Shown piece after piece: positions 18,182 through 29,143 of a DNA stretch of 64,000 bases (positions within the stretch are counted from its first letter, which is position 1; each line of letters begins with the position of its first letter). The notes beneath the pieces are model-generated. The model was not told where the DNA came from and made no database searches. It saw only the letters and a list, made by a program, of their open reading frames with translations. The position numbers and the translations under genes were made by a program. This DNA comes from Acidimicrobiia bacterium (GTDB lineage: Bacteria; Actinomycetota; Acidimicrobiia; Spongiisociales; UBA11373), in assembly GCA_035464675.1 (NCBI GenBank), contig DATHSA010000081.1, positions 32,100 through 96,099 of the forward strand, written 5' to 3'.

Positions 18182-18529
18182 TCAGAGTGCTTTCGCGGCC
18201 TTGCAGTCCACGCAGTGGATCGAAGATGGGCGGAACTCCAGCCGGGCACTGCCGATGTCCTTCCCGCAGTTGGCGCAGGTTCCGTAGGTTCCGTCCTCGA
18301 TGCGCGCCAGCGCCTGGTCGATCTCGTCGAGGGAACGCTTGAGGCTCTCGACGAGGCCGAGAACCTCAGTGCGTTCCGCCGTTGCTGCGGCCGCATCCGC
18401 GAAGCCCTCGCCGAAGTCCAGGTCGTCACGCAGCTCACCGGACTCGCCCGCGCCGAGTTCCGAGAGCTGGTGAACGACCTGCTCCCTCTCTTCGCGAAGT
18501 CGAGTCTCGATGGCGTCGTAGGCGCCCAT
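18182..18529 (-). CDS. DksA/TraR family C4-type zinc-finger protein
   Basis: C-terminal CANCGKDIGSARLEFRPSSIHCVDC (CxxC-N17-CxxC) plus N-terminal coiled-coil region. Confidence 0.8.
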   Translation of the reverse strand: MGAYDAIETRLREEREQVVHQLSELGAGESGELRDDLDFGEGFADAAAATAERTEVLGLVESLKRSLDEIDQALARIEDGTYGTCANCGKDIGSARLEFRPSSIHCVDCKAAKAL

Positions 18530-18538
18530 GGATACCTC

Positions 18539-19428
18539 TCAGCTGCGGGGATGCGACGTCGCGTAGACCTCGAGGAGGTGACGCGGTGACACCCGGGTGT
18601 AGATCTGGGTTGTCGAGATGCTAGCGTGCCCCAGGATCTCCTGGACGGTGCGGAGATCCGCTCCCCCTTCCACCATATGGGTGGCCGCACTGTGTCGCAA
18701 CACGTGGGGTGACACGGCGTCGGGTCTCAAACCGGCCCTGGCGGCGTGTGATCGCACCAGGTTCCACACTGCCTGACGGCTCAGCCGCGTGCCCCGGAGG
18801 CTGAGGAACAGGGCCGCACCCGAACCTGCCTTTCGCACCCGGGCACGGTCGGGCAGCCAGTCCGCGATCGCGTGCCGCGCGGCCCTCCCGACCGGCACCA
18901 ACCGCTGCTTGTCGCCCTTCCCGGTGACGAGTGCCGTGCCCTCGTCCAGATCGAGATCCAGTTCGTCGAGCGCGACGGTCTCGGCCACCCGCGCGCCGGT
19001 GGCGTACATGAACTCCAGCACCGCGCGATCCCGTCTCCCCGCCGGTGTCGCGGGATCCGGGGCATCGAGAAGCCGGGTCATCTCGTCGACGGTCAGCGCC
19101 TTCGGCAGTGAGCGTGGCCGTTTCGGCGAGTCGAGGAGCAGGGTCGGGTCGGTCTCCGACATGCCTTCCGCGACGAGGAAGCGATGGAATCCCCTGATCG
19201 CAGCCACCCTGCGGGCGATCGTGGTGGGTGCCAGACCGGCCTGCTGGAGTTGGAGCACGAAGCCGGACGCCAGCTCGGCAGACGGCTCGCGTCCATCGAG
19301 GAACTCCGAATAGCGCTCGAGGTCTCTGCGGTAGGCGGCGATGGTCGCCGGGGCCAGTCCCCGCTCGGACGCCAGCGAGCCGAGGAACTCGGCGATCTGG
19401 TCGCCCTGCGACGCCCCGGTGAGGGGCA

Positions 19429-19429
<1 letters not shown>
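18539..19429 (-). CDS. xerD: site-specific tyrosine recombinase XerD
   Basis: Phage-integrase family catalytic R..HxxR..Y (LRHSAATHM, TQIYT) plus N-terminal SAM-like domain. Adjacent to pyrG as in mycobacteria. Confidence 0.85.
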
Positions 19430-21126
<1,697 letters not shown>

Positions 21127-21258
21127 TCACCCTATATGCCCGGGCGAAACAGACGCTGTGGAGTGAGTGGTTCGATTGGTCCTCAGATGTCCGACCGATC
21201 CGACCCACGTGGGCCCTCCTCCACGAAGCGGGGCCCCAACGCCGCCGTGGCCGTGATG

Positions 21259-21280
21259 CCCGGGCCGAATTCGGCCCGGG
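21259..21280 (-). terminator. perfect palindrome cccgggccgaattcggcccggg 8 nt downstream of recN stop
   Basis: 22-nt perfect inverted repeat (9-bp GC stem around GAATTC). Intrinsic terminator-like hairpin without a U-tract. Confidence 0.55.
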
Positions 21281-21287
21281 AGCGAGG

Positions 21288-22898
21288 TCACGCGCCCTTC
21301 CGAGCCCCTGCCAGCGCGAGCAGGTCCTCGGCGTGGTCCTGGCCGCGCTCGCTGTCTTCGATGCCGCTCAGCATCCTGGCCAGCTCGGCCAGGCGGTCGG
21401 CGCCCTCGACCCGCCTCACCACCGCGCTGGTCCCCTCCCGGTCGACGACGAAGTGTGCGTCGGCGAACGCCGCGATCTGTGGGAGGTGGGTGACGACCAG
21501 CACCTGACGCCCCTCGGCGAGGCCGGCGAGCAGTTCCCCCATCGCCAGCGCGGTCGTTCCTCCCACACCGGAGTCGATCTCGTCGAAGGCGACGACATCG
21601 GCGTCGGCAACCCCGGCAGCCACCCGCACCGAGAGGACGAGCCTGCTCAACTCGCCGCCGGACGCGACCCTGGAGACCGGGCCGGGAGTCAGGCCGGCGT
21701 CGGAGGCAAAGGACAGCGAGATGGTGTCGGCGCCGCTGGGAGCGGGATCCGCATCGGTCACCTCGATCTCGAGCACGGGCGAGCGGAACCCAAGGCTTCC
21801 GAGCAACTCGAGCGCTCGCCGCTCCAGTGACACCCCCGCCCGTCTGCGGCCATCCGCCAGAAGCGCGCCCGCCTTGGTGGCGGCCTCCTCGGCGCCGGTG
21901 ATCTCGTCGTCGATCGTCTCGGCACGGGTTGCGAGCGCCGCCAGGCGGTCGGCGCGTTCGCGCGCGGAGATGCCGTAGGCGACGACCTCCTCGACGGTCG
22001 TGCCGTACTTCCGCTTCAGTCCGGTGATCACCGCGACGCGCTCCTCCATCCGGTGCAGCGCATCGGGATCGTGCTCCACTGACTCCGCGGCTCCGCGAAG
22101 TTCGAGACCGATGTCATCGAGTTCGGCCACGAGTGCCTCGATGCGGCCCGAAAGGGGCTCGAGGGCGGGATCGAGCGTTGCGGCGTCGCGCACCAGGGCG
22201 AGTGACGAGCGAAGCGAGTCTGCGGCACCGCCCTCGTCGTCGACGCGCGCGAATGCCTCGGCCAGCGACTCGGTGATCTCCGCGGAATGGCGTACCCGGG
22301 ACAGGGCGGACCTGAGCTCGTCGTCCTCTCCCGGGGTGAGGTTCGCCTCTTCGATCTCGCGGGCCTCGTGCGACGCGATCTCGAGTTCGCGCGCCAGAGC
22401 CCGGGCATCGCCGCCAAGAGAGTCGCGGTCTGCTCGGAGCCTCCTCAAACGATCCCAGGCGACCCGGTAGGCGTCCCGGGCTGCCAGACCGGCGTCGTCG
22501 AGAACGCCGTCGACGAGGCGGCGCAGGGCCGACTCGCGCCCCAGGGAGAGATGCTCGTGCTGGGCGACGATCTCCACGAGGTGCTCGAGACGATCGGAGA
22601 GAGTGCGAGCGGGGACCATTGAGCCATCGACGTAGGCCCGCGAGGTGCCTTCGGTGATCCGGCGGGCCACGACGACCTCTTCGTCGCCGATGGTGAAGCG
22701 TCCCTCGACGCGTGCTTCGGTGCCGGCGGGGCCGATGCGATCGCTGCCGGCGGTGTCACCACGGAGGAGTCGCAGCGCCCCGAGGAGAAGGGTCTTCCCC
22801 GCACCGGTCTCTCCGGTGACGGCGACCAGCCCCTGTCCCGGTTCGACGCGGGACGCGGCGATGATGCCGAGGTTCTCGACGTAGAGCTCTTCAAGCAT
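21288..22898 (-). CDS. recN: DNA repair protein RecN
   Basis: SMC-like; N-terminal Walker A (GETGAGKT), coiled coil, C-terminal signature/Walker B. Start at MLEELYVENLGII. Confidence 0.9.
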   Translation of the reverse strand: MLEELYVENLGIIAASRVEPGQGLVAVTGETGAGKTLLLGALRLLRGDTAGSDRIGPAGTEARVEGRFTIGDEEVVVARRITEGTSRAYVDGSMVPARTLSDRLEHLVEIVAQHEHLSLGRESALRRLVDGVLDDAGLAARDAYRVAWDRLRRLRADRDSLGGDARALARELEIASHEAREIEEANLTPGEDDELRSALSRVRHSAEITESLAEAFARVDDEGGAADSLRSSLALVRDAATLDPALEPLSGRIEALVAELDDIGLELRGAAESVEHDPDALHRMEERVAVITGLKRKYGTTVEEVVAYGISARERADRLAALATRAETIDDEITGAEEAATKAGALLADGRRRAGVSLERRALELLGSLGFRSPVLEIEVTDADPAPSGADTISLSFASDAGLTPGPVSRVASGGELSRLVLSVRVAAGVADADVVAFDEIDSGVGGTTALAMGELLAGLAEGRQVLVVTHLPQIAAFADAHFVVDREGTSAVVRRVEGADRLAELARMLSGIEDSERGQDHAEDLLALAGARKGA

Positions 22899-23724
22899 CG
22901 TGGAGGTGGAACTTCTCCTTGACCGTTCGGGCGAAGTTGCCCGAGCGGAGACGGACGAGAGGCACCGGCTGATCGCCCCGCGAGACCCGAACGACATCTC
23001 CGGGCGAGAGGTCGGCCTGGGCCCGGCCGTCGACATTGACACGGGCGGGCCGGTCCGACGACACGGTCAGCTCCAGGGTGATGTCGGGGCGAAACACGAT
23101 TGCCCGGCCGAACAGGTTGTGCGGGGCGACCGCAGTCATGATGAGCGAGTCGAGCTCCGGGTCGACGAGCGGGCCCCCGGCCGAGAAGGTGTAGGCGGTC
23201 GATCCGGTCGGGGTGGCGACGATGATCGCGTCCGCTCGGTACTCGGCGAGCCGCTCGCCCTCGACCGACACCTGTATCCCGACGACGTGCTGTGACACGA
23301 CCTTCTCGACGACCACGTCGTTGAGCCCGTCCGCGTGGGTCCCATCCGGCAACTCGGCGCTCAGCGTCATCCGGGAGGAGATGCGGAAGTCCCCGGACGC
23401 CAGGGCATCGAGCGCATCGCCTGCGCGCGCCGGGTCCACCTCCGCGAGAAACCCGACGGTGCCGGCGTTCACGCCGAGAATGGGCGATTCGGCTGCGCGG
23501 GCGATTCTTGCCGCCTGGAGGACTGTTCCGTCTCCGCCGACGGCGATGATGAAGTCCGCGTCGAGCGAAGGGTCGAATGGGTGGGGAGACGCCGCCGGGA
23601 CCCTGCCGGCGTCGGACTCGGCGATGACCACCTCGAAACCGCGCTCGATGGCGGCCAGAGCCACCTTTCCGGCGATCTCGGCCGACGACTCACGGCTCGG
23701 GTGGAGAACCAGTGCGAGCCTCAC
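22891..23724 (-). CDS. nadK: NAD kinase
   Basis: GGDGT motif (AVGGDGTVL), NE/D and conserved C-terminal region. GTG start overlaps the tlyA stop (GTGA). The upstream part of ORF 22891..24324 is a read-through artefact. Confidence 0.85.
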   Translation of the reverse strand: MRLALVLHPSRESSAEIAGKVALAAIERGFEVVIAESDAGRVPAASPHPFDPSLDADFIIAVGGDGTVLQAARIARAAESPILGVNAGTVGFLAEVDPARAGDALDALASGDFRISSRMTLSAELPDGTHADGLNDVVVEKVVSQHVVGIQVSVEGERLAEYRADAIIVATPTGSTAYTFSAGGPLVDPELDSLIMTAVAPHNLFGRAIVFRPDITLELTVSSDRPARVNVDGRAQADLSPGDVVRVSRGDQPVPLVRLRSGNFARTVKEKFHLHDA

Positions 23725-24563
23725 GTCAGGGCCCCCTCCAGCAGTCCGACGTGATCGGCCTCGGGTACGCCGATTCGGCCGTGAACCAGGAACTCGCGAT
23801 TGCCCTTGGAGCCGAGGATGGGAGATGCCATTGCGCCGATCGGAGCGATCCCGACCCCGGCCAGCGCACGGATGACGGTCGCGAGCGCGTCCCGGTGATC
23901 CTCGGGGTCGCGGACGATGCCTCCTCGCCCCACGCGGTGGCGACCCACCTCGAACTGCGGCTTCACGAGGACAACGTAGTCGGTGGAGTCCGTGCCGCAC
24001 TCCTTCAGATTCTTCGCGAGGGACGCCACCGAGATGAAGGACACGTCCATCGTCACGATCCCGAACGGTGCTCCTATCTCGCCGGGATCGATGGTGCGGA
24101 AGTTGGTGCGGTCCACCACCTCCACGCGCTCGTCGGTGGCGAGGCGCGTGAGCAACTGGCCGTAGCCGACATCGAGTGCGACGACCAGCGCGGCCCCGCG
24201 CTCGAGGAGCACGTCGGTGAAACCCCCCGTGGACGCCCCCACGTCGAGCGCGCGTCGGTCGGTGGGATCGATACCGAACCGATCCAGGGCTGCTGCGAGC
24301 TTGTCTCCGGCGCGGCTCGCCCACGAGTCGCCGGCGTCGATCTGGATCGGCTCGTCTGCGGCGACCAGCGTCGCCGGCTTGGGAGTGGGGCGACCCGCCA
24401 CAACGACAGAACCCTCTTCGATCAGACGCCGGGCCTCGGTACGGGAGCCCGCAAGCCCGCGCTGGACCAGCTCCGTGTCAAGCCTCCGCCGCAGAGTCGT
24501 CCTCCTCGGACTCGAGCAGGGTCGAGAGATCCGCGGCGAGATCGTCGGCCACGTCGGGCGCAT
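23721..24563 (-). CDS. tlyA: TlyA family rRNA 2'-O-methyltransferase (hemolysin A-like)
   Basis: S4 domain (RRRLDTELVQRGLAGSRTEARRLI) plus FtsJ-like MTase (LDVGASTGGFTD). No canonical start just before the S4 domain. M at 24561-24563 used; alternatives are CTG or ATG 24617. Confidence 0.78.
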   Translation of the reverse strand: MRPTWPTISPRISRPCSSPRRTTLRRRLDTELVQRGLAGSRTEARRLIEEGSVVVAGRPTPKPATLVAADEPIQIDAGDSWASRAGDKLAAALDRFGIDPTDRRALDVGASTGGFTDVLLERGAALVVALDVGYGQLLTRLATDERVEVVDRTNFRTIDPGEIGAPFGIVTMDVSFISVASLAKNLKECGTDSTDYVVLVKPQFEVGRHRVGRGGIVRDPEDHRDALATVIRALAGVGIAPIGAMASPILGSKGNREFLVHGRIGVPEADHVGLLEGALT

Positions 24564-24630
24564 CGGCGGGGTCTGCCTGCTCCAGGGCCGCAAGCTTCTC
24601 GTCCATGGGCGTATCATCCATCGGGGTCAT
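24478..24630 (-). CDS. candidate 50-aa acidic protein upstream of tlyA
   Basis: MTPMDDTPMDEKLAALEQADPADAPDVADDLAADLSTLLESEEDDSAAEA. Position corresponds to the small conserved ORF (Rv1693-like) upstream of tlyA in mycobacterial synteny. Overlaps the chosen tlyA N-terminus out of frame. Confidence 0.3.
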   Translation of the reverse strand: MTPMDDTPMDEKLAALEQADPADAPDVADDLAADLSTLLESEEDDSAAEA

Positions 24631-24660
24631 TATCCCTGCGCCCGACGACAGGAAGCGCCA

Positions 24661-25401
24661 TTGCTGCCGATCCGTGACGTCAACCCCACGAGGATCCGGC
24701 CCCTGATCACCTGGGCGATCATCGCGATCAACGTATTCGTGTACTTCGTCGTGCAACCCGACGAGGTGGGGGAAGCCACCGAGTTCGTCTACCAGCGGGC
24801 GGCGATCGCCTGTGAGCTGACGACCGGGGAGCCGCTGAGCCTCGAGGAGATCAACCGGGAGACATGCACCGACGGCTCCGAGGTCCCGCTCTTCCCCGAC
24901 AAGAACGTCTGGGTGGCGGGTTTCGTCTCCATGTTCCTGCACGGCAGCGTCGCTCACATCCTCTTCAACATGTGGAGCCTCTGGATCTTCGGCAACAATG
25001 TCGAAGAGGCGTTCGGGCACGTCGGCTACCTGCTCTTCTACGTCGCCGCCGGCGTCGCAGCCACCATCGGTTTTGTTGCTCTGAATACCGACCTCACGGT
25101 GCCGCTGATCGGCGCTTCGGGGGCGATCGCAGGGGTCATGGGCGCCTACCTGGTGCTCTTCCCGCGCCACCTCGTGTTGACGCTGATCATCTTCCGCGTG
25201 GTGGCGATCCCCGCCATCGCCTTCTTGGGGTTCTGGTTCTTCAGCCAGTTCTTCTTCGCGACCGAGGGGGTGGCCTGGGAGGCCCACGTCGCCGGATTCC
25301 TCTTCGGTGCGCTGGCGGCGCTTCCGTTCCGTGAGTCCCTCCTGGGACGAACCCTGGCCGGCGAAGAGCAGGTCGGCACCGACCGGTCCTCCATCTTCTA
25401 G
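24661..25401 (+). CDS. rhomboid family intramembrane serine protease
   Basis: GASGAIAG (GxSG) and AHVAGFLFG catalytic His in TM helices. TTG start at 24661; the upstream part of ORF 24217..25401 overlaps tlyA and is rejected. Confidence 0.75.
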   Translation: MLPIRDVNPTRIRPLITWAIIAINVFVYFVVQPDEVGEATEFVYQRAAIACELTTGEPLSLEEINRETCTDGSEVPLFPDKNVWVAGFVSMFLHGSVAHILFNMWSLWIFGNNVEEAFGHVGYLLFYVAAGVAATIGFVALNTDLTVPLIGASGAIAGVMGAYLVLFPRHLVLTLIIFRVVAIPAIAFLGFWFFSQFFFATEGVAWEAHVAGFLFGALAALPFRESLLGRTLAGEEQVGTDRSSIF

Positions 25402-26195
25402 ATCCCGAGGAGCCCGGGCAGCCCGGCAACGGTCGGGAGCAGGTGATCGGGCTTCTCCTCCCCCGACAGACTCTTCGGATCCGGTGCGACCCCCGTCTGC
25501 ACCAGCACCGTCGTCCAGCCGGCGCGGCGGCCGAAGGCGATGTCGCTGTCGGGTCGGTCTCCGACCATCCAGGTCGGACCCGGCCCGAGGTGTTGCTCGA
25601 CTGCAAGCCGCATCGGGGGATGGGGTTTGCCGGCGTACTCGGCGCCGCGGCCGCCGGCGCGTTCGACGGCGGCGATGATCGACCCCGCACCGGGAGCCGG
25701 GACCGATGACGTCGGGAAGGTGGGATCGTGGTTCGTGCCGATGAATCGCGCGCCATTGATGACCGCGTGTGACGCCCGTCGGATCCGGTCGTACGAGATG
25801 GCCCGGTCGAGGCCCACGATCACGGTGTTCGCCGCGCCGGGAGCTTCGGTCACCTCCAGGTTGGCGTCCACGACTGCGGCCACGAGGCCTGCCTCGCCGA
25901 TCGGAAGCACCGGTGCGTCCCCTTCACGCAACATCAGTACGGCCGCCAGCGCAGAGGTCACCACTCGATGCGGCTCGATCCCGAAGCCCGTGATCTCCTC
26001 CAGGCGTCCGGCGACCGCCTCCGGGGTCCTTGTCGAGTTGTTGGTGGCGAAGACGACCGAGAAGCCGGCGTCTCGTATCGCTTCGAGAGCGTCTCGGGCC
26101 CCCGCGACGGGCTCCGATCCGACGTAGACGCAGCCGTCGAGATCGAGGACGACATTGCCCGGGGCACCATCCCCCGCTAGAACTCGTCGAGCCAA
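25398..26195 (-). CDS. HAD-IIA family hydrolase (NagD-like sugar phosphatase)
   Basis: VLDLDGCVY motif I, GKP..., MVGDRPDSDI motif IV. Apparent TTG start whose codon overlaps the divergent DUF1015 ATG. Confidence 0.72.
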   Translation of the reverse strand: MARRVLAGDGAPGNVVLDLDGCVYVGSEPVAGARDALEAIRDAGFSVVFATNNSTRTPEAVAGRLEEITGFGIEPHRVVTSALAAVLMLREGDAPVLPIGEAGLVAAVVDANLEVTEAPGAANTVIVGLDRAISYDRIRRASHAVINGARFIGTNHDPTFPTSSVPAPGAGSIIAAVERAGGRGAEYAGKPHPPMRLAVEQHLGPGPTWMVGDRPDSDIAFGRRAGWTTVLVQTGVAPDPKSLSGEEKPDHLLPTVAGLPGLLGI

Positions 26196-27208
26196 TGCTC
26201 TCCCCGTTTCGAGGCTACGTACCGGCCGGCCGCGGACCGTTCGCGAGCGACGACACGACCGCGCGTTCCCGCCAGATCCGGGATGCGGCCGGACGCTACC
26301 ACCCGGGCGCGGTGCTGGAACGGGCCGTCTCGGAGGGGCTCCTCACCCGGACCGGCGACGCCTCCCTGTATGGCTACCGCATCGAGACCGGGGACGAGAC
26401 CATCACCGGGCTGGTTGGAGTGTGCCGCGCCGCGGATCTGGTGCCGCACGAAGGGACGATCGCCTCGGCTCCCGACGAGCCGGCTCCGAGCATCGAGATT
26501 CGTCCGATTCTCGCTCTCATCGAGGATCCGCTTCCGCGCCTCGAAGCCGTCGGAGACGCCGTGGAGTCGGTGGAGCCCGGCGGGGCCCGGCACTCGCTGA
26601 CAGCGGTCGATCGCACGACCCCTCTGGAGCTGGTGGCCCCGGTCGTGGCCGATGGCCATCATCGCCGGCGTGCCGCGTTGGCCTCGCGCGGTGTCGACGC
26701 CACCGTGCTCACGATGGTCGTGGGCGACAGCGGCTCTGGCCTCGAGGCAGGGACGTTCCATCGGGTGTTTCCGCACTCCGGGTCGCTGCCGCTCGGCGCC
26801 TCCGATGTCTTCGATCTGGAGCCCTTGCCTTCGCCGGAGATCATCCCTGGCTCCCTTGTCTGGCTGGAGGGGCGCAGCGGACGGGCATTCGCGCTGACCC
26901 CAACACCTGCTGCCCTCGGCTCGATTCACGGCCCGCTGCGCGAATCACCGGCTGCGGTGGCGCAGGCGCTCCTGTATCCGCTGCTCGGCCTCCTGGAGCA
27001 CGAGGCCGAGCATGCGGGGTCTCTGGAGGAGGCCGTGGCGGCCCTCCCCGCCGCCGGGGGTGCCCTTCTGCTGCCTCCGGTCGAGATCCGCGCTGTGATG
27101 GCGGCGGCGCGTTCGCGGACGCTCCTGCCACCCAAGGCAAGCCGCTTTCGCCCGAAGCCACTCCGGGGCATGGTGTTGAGGGGTGTCGACATGAAGCCCG
27201 ACGCCTAG
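26195..27208 (+). CDS. DUF1015 domain-containing protein
   Basis: Start MLSPFRGYVPA (PFRAL-type N-terminus); conserved ADGHHR motif. Confidence 0.7.
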   Translation: MLSPFRGYVPAGRGPFASDDTTARSRQIRDAAGRYHPGAVLERAVSEGLLTRTGDASLYGYRIETGDETITGLVGVCRAADLVPHEGTIASAPDEPAPSIEIRPILALIEDPLPRLEAVGDAVESVEPGGARHSLTAVDRTTPLELVAPVVADGHHRRRAALASRGVDATVLTMVVGDSGSGLEAGTFHRVFPHSGSLPLGASDVFDLEPLPSPEIIPGSLVWLEGRSGRAFALTPTPAALGSIHGPLRESPAAVAQALLYPLLGLLEHEAEHAGSLEEAVAALPAAGGALLLPPVEIRAVMAAARSRTLLPPKASRFRPKPLRGMVLRGVDMKPDA

Positions 27209-28545
27209 GCAGAGAGGCTCCCGAAGCGCTCGACCGTGAGTCGGGTGAGTTCCGTCGTGAGCCGTAGCGACTCTTCGCTGACCCGTTCGTCGTGCCCGTG
27301 AAACATCTTGAGGAAGTCGCCGAACCCCACCTGGCGATCGAACAGCGACACGCCATATGCGACCGTTCCCCTCCGGCGGAAGAAGCGGGCGTCGGTCCCG
27401 ACCGGGATCATCGCCGGAACGGGATGGGCCCCCGGTTCCAGCCCGGCCAGGGCCTCGGTGATCGCCTGCCAGAGCGGACCTTCGGGTGCCGATCCGTTGG
27501 CCCGGGTCGCCTCTATGGTCTCCACCTCGATCTCCTCGAACCCCGGTCCGATCGCCTTCCGGAAGTGATCGAGCACATCTGCTTCGTCCTGGCCGGGCAG
27601 CGAACGGATGTCGATCTCAGCCACCGCGCGATCGGGGACGACGTTCGCCTTGACGCCGGCGCGCAGCGTGTTCGGGCTGATCGTCAGATGAGTGCACGCG
27701 TGGATCCATCGGGCCAGCCCGGTGTCACTGATGGCGATGCGATCGATGGCGTCGTCGATACGATCGACGTCGAGGAGCTCCTCGGCGAGCCCGTCGGGTG
27801 GGTCCCACGCCTCGACGAATCGCCGCCACTCGTCGGTGATCGCCGCCGGGGGCGGTGTCGCGGCCAGACGGGAGATGGCGTCGGCCATCGGCACCAGGGC
27901 GTTGTGGGTGCCATACGGCTGACTGCCGTGACCGGGCACACCAGAAGAGCGCAGGACCCGCCACTGCGGACCCTTCTCGGCCACCGTCACCGGCAGGCAG
28001 GGACCGGCGCTGCCCTCCAGCAGGGGCGTCCCTATCTCGGTGAGCAGGTAGTCGCACGCCACCTGGTCCCAATGCTCCTCGACCAGGGGACGGGCGCCAA
28101 GGCGCCCACCCGACTCCTCGTCTGCGACAGCGAGAAACATCAGTTCGCCAGGCAGGCGGGGAGCCTCCCCCAGCCGGTGCCGGGAGAACACGGCAGCCAT
28201 GGCGGCCGTCTGGTTGAGCATGTCGACTGCTCCTCTCCCCCAGATGAAGCCATCGCGACGCTCCCCGGCGAACGGATCGACCGACCAGCCGTCGCGTGCG
28301 GCCGGGACGACATCGGTGTGGCCCATGAGCATGAGTGACGGAGCATCGGCATCCCTACCGGGCACGCTCCACACTGCGCTGGCCCGGGTGGGGTGGGGCT
28401 CGAAGACCCAATCGGGCTCACCCAGGTATTCGGTGAGCGTGGCGACCGAGCGCTCCTCTCCGCCGGAGTCGGGCGTACCGTCGTTGACACATGCGTTCTG
28501 GATCAGGGAGACGAGAAGGTCGGAGACTTCGGCCCCCGGGATCAC
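27205..28545 (-). CDS. M20 family metallopeptidase (ArgE/DapE/CPG2-like)
   Basis: HTDVV, GAVDM, ADEESGG metal-binding motifs and dimerisation domain. Confidence 0.8.
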   Translation of the reverse strand: MIPGAEVSDLLVSLIQNACVNDGTPDSGGEERSVATLTEYLGEPDWVFEPHPTRASAVWSVPGRDADAPSLMLMGHTDVVPAARDGWSVDPFAGERRDGFIWGRGAVDMLNQTAAMAAVFSRHRLGEAPRLPGELMFLAVADEESGGRLGARPLVEEHWDQVACDYLLTEIGTPLLEGSAGPCLPVTVAEKGPQWRVLRSSGVPGHGSQPYGTHNALVPMADAISRLAATPPPAAITDEWRRFVEAWDPPDGLAEELLDVDRIDDAIDRIAISDTGLARWIHACTHLTISPNTLRAGVKANVVPDRAVAEIDIRSLPGQDEADVLDHFRKAIGPGFEEIEVETIEATRANGSAPEGPLWQAITEALAGLEPGAHPVPAMIPVGTDARFFRRRGTVAYGVSLFDRQVGFGDFLKMFHGHDERVSEESLRLTTELTRLTVERFGSLSA

Positions 28546-29015
28546 CGGTCGCTCCGGTGCATGACGATCGACCTCGCCTTGAAGCCGTTCGACTCGAAGA
28601 AGTTCTTCGACTCGCGATGTCCCGGTGAGACGTGGGCATCGAACTCCACGATGCCGCGAGAGGTCGCCTCGTCCAGGAACAGGTCGATCATCGCCTCCCC
28701 GACTCCGACGCCTCGCGCTCCCGAGAGCGTGAAGATGAGGCGCACCGCGGCGACCCTTCGCCCATCGGCGTGTGGGAGGAGATCCTCATCACGGGCCATC
28801 AGAAATCCGACCGGCACCCCGTCGATCTCACCGATGTACATCCGGGCGTCCAGGTCGTCGAGGAGGCCGGTGAACGCCTCGTCGACCGGAACCGGCAGTC
28901 CGTCGGCGACCGACCAGATCGGCTTGATCGCATCCATCTCGGCCGCCAGGGCGACATACAGCTCGGTCAGCACCGGGACGTCCTCCGGGCCTGCAGCGCG
29001 GGCAGTGACGGTCAT
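28542..29015 (-). CDS. GNAT family N-acetyltransferase
   Basis: Start at MTVTARAAGPEDV; motif A region RGVGVGEAMI. Confidence 0.72.
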   Translation of the reverse strand: MTVTARAAGPEDVPVLTELYVALAAEMDAIKPIWSVADGLPVPVDEAFTGLLDDLDARMYIGEIDGVPVGFLMARDEDLLPHADGRRVAAVRLIFTLSGARGVGVGEAMIDLFLDEATSRGIVEFDAHVSPGHRESKNFFESNGFKARSIVMHRSDR

Positions 29016-29073
29016 CGCGTTGGAGGGTATACGGGACGAGTCAAGCATCCGGTGTCGACAGTCGATATCCGGT

Positions 29074-29136
29074 GCCGTCACCCGTCACCCGGGCGCGACC
29101 GACTTCTTGACGGGCAACGGGCAACGGGTGACGGGG
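29074..29136 (-). repeat. heptad-hairpin element B
   Basis: gccgtcacccgtcacccggg [17-nt loop] gacgggcaacgggcaacgggtgacgggg; ends 6 nt after the stop of the acidic Zn-ribbon gene. Confidence 0.7.
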
Positions 29137-29143
29137 AACCGTC

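Noticed and set aside
22891-24324. 477-aa ORF extending nadK upstream
   Set aside because: NadK similarity starts at GTG 23724; the upstream portion overlaps tlyA out of frame.
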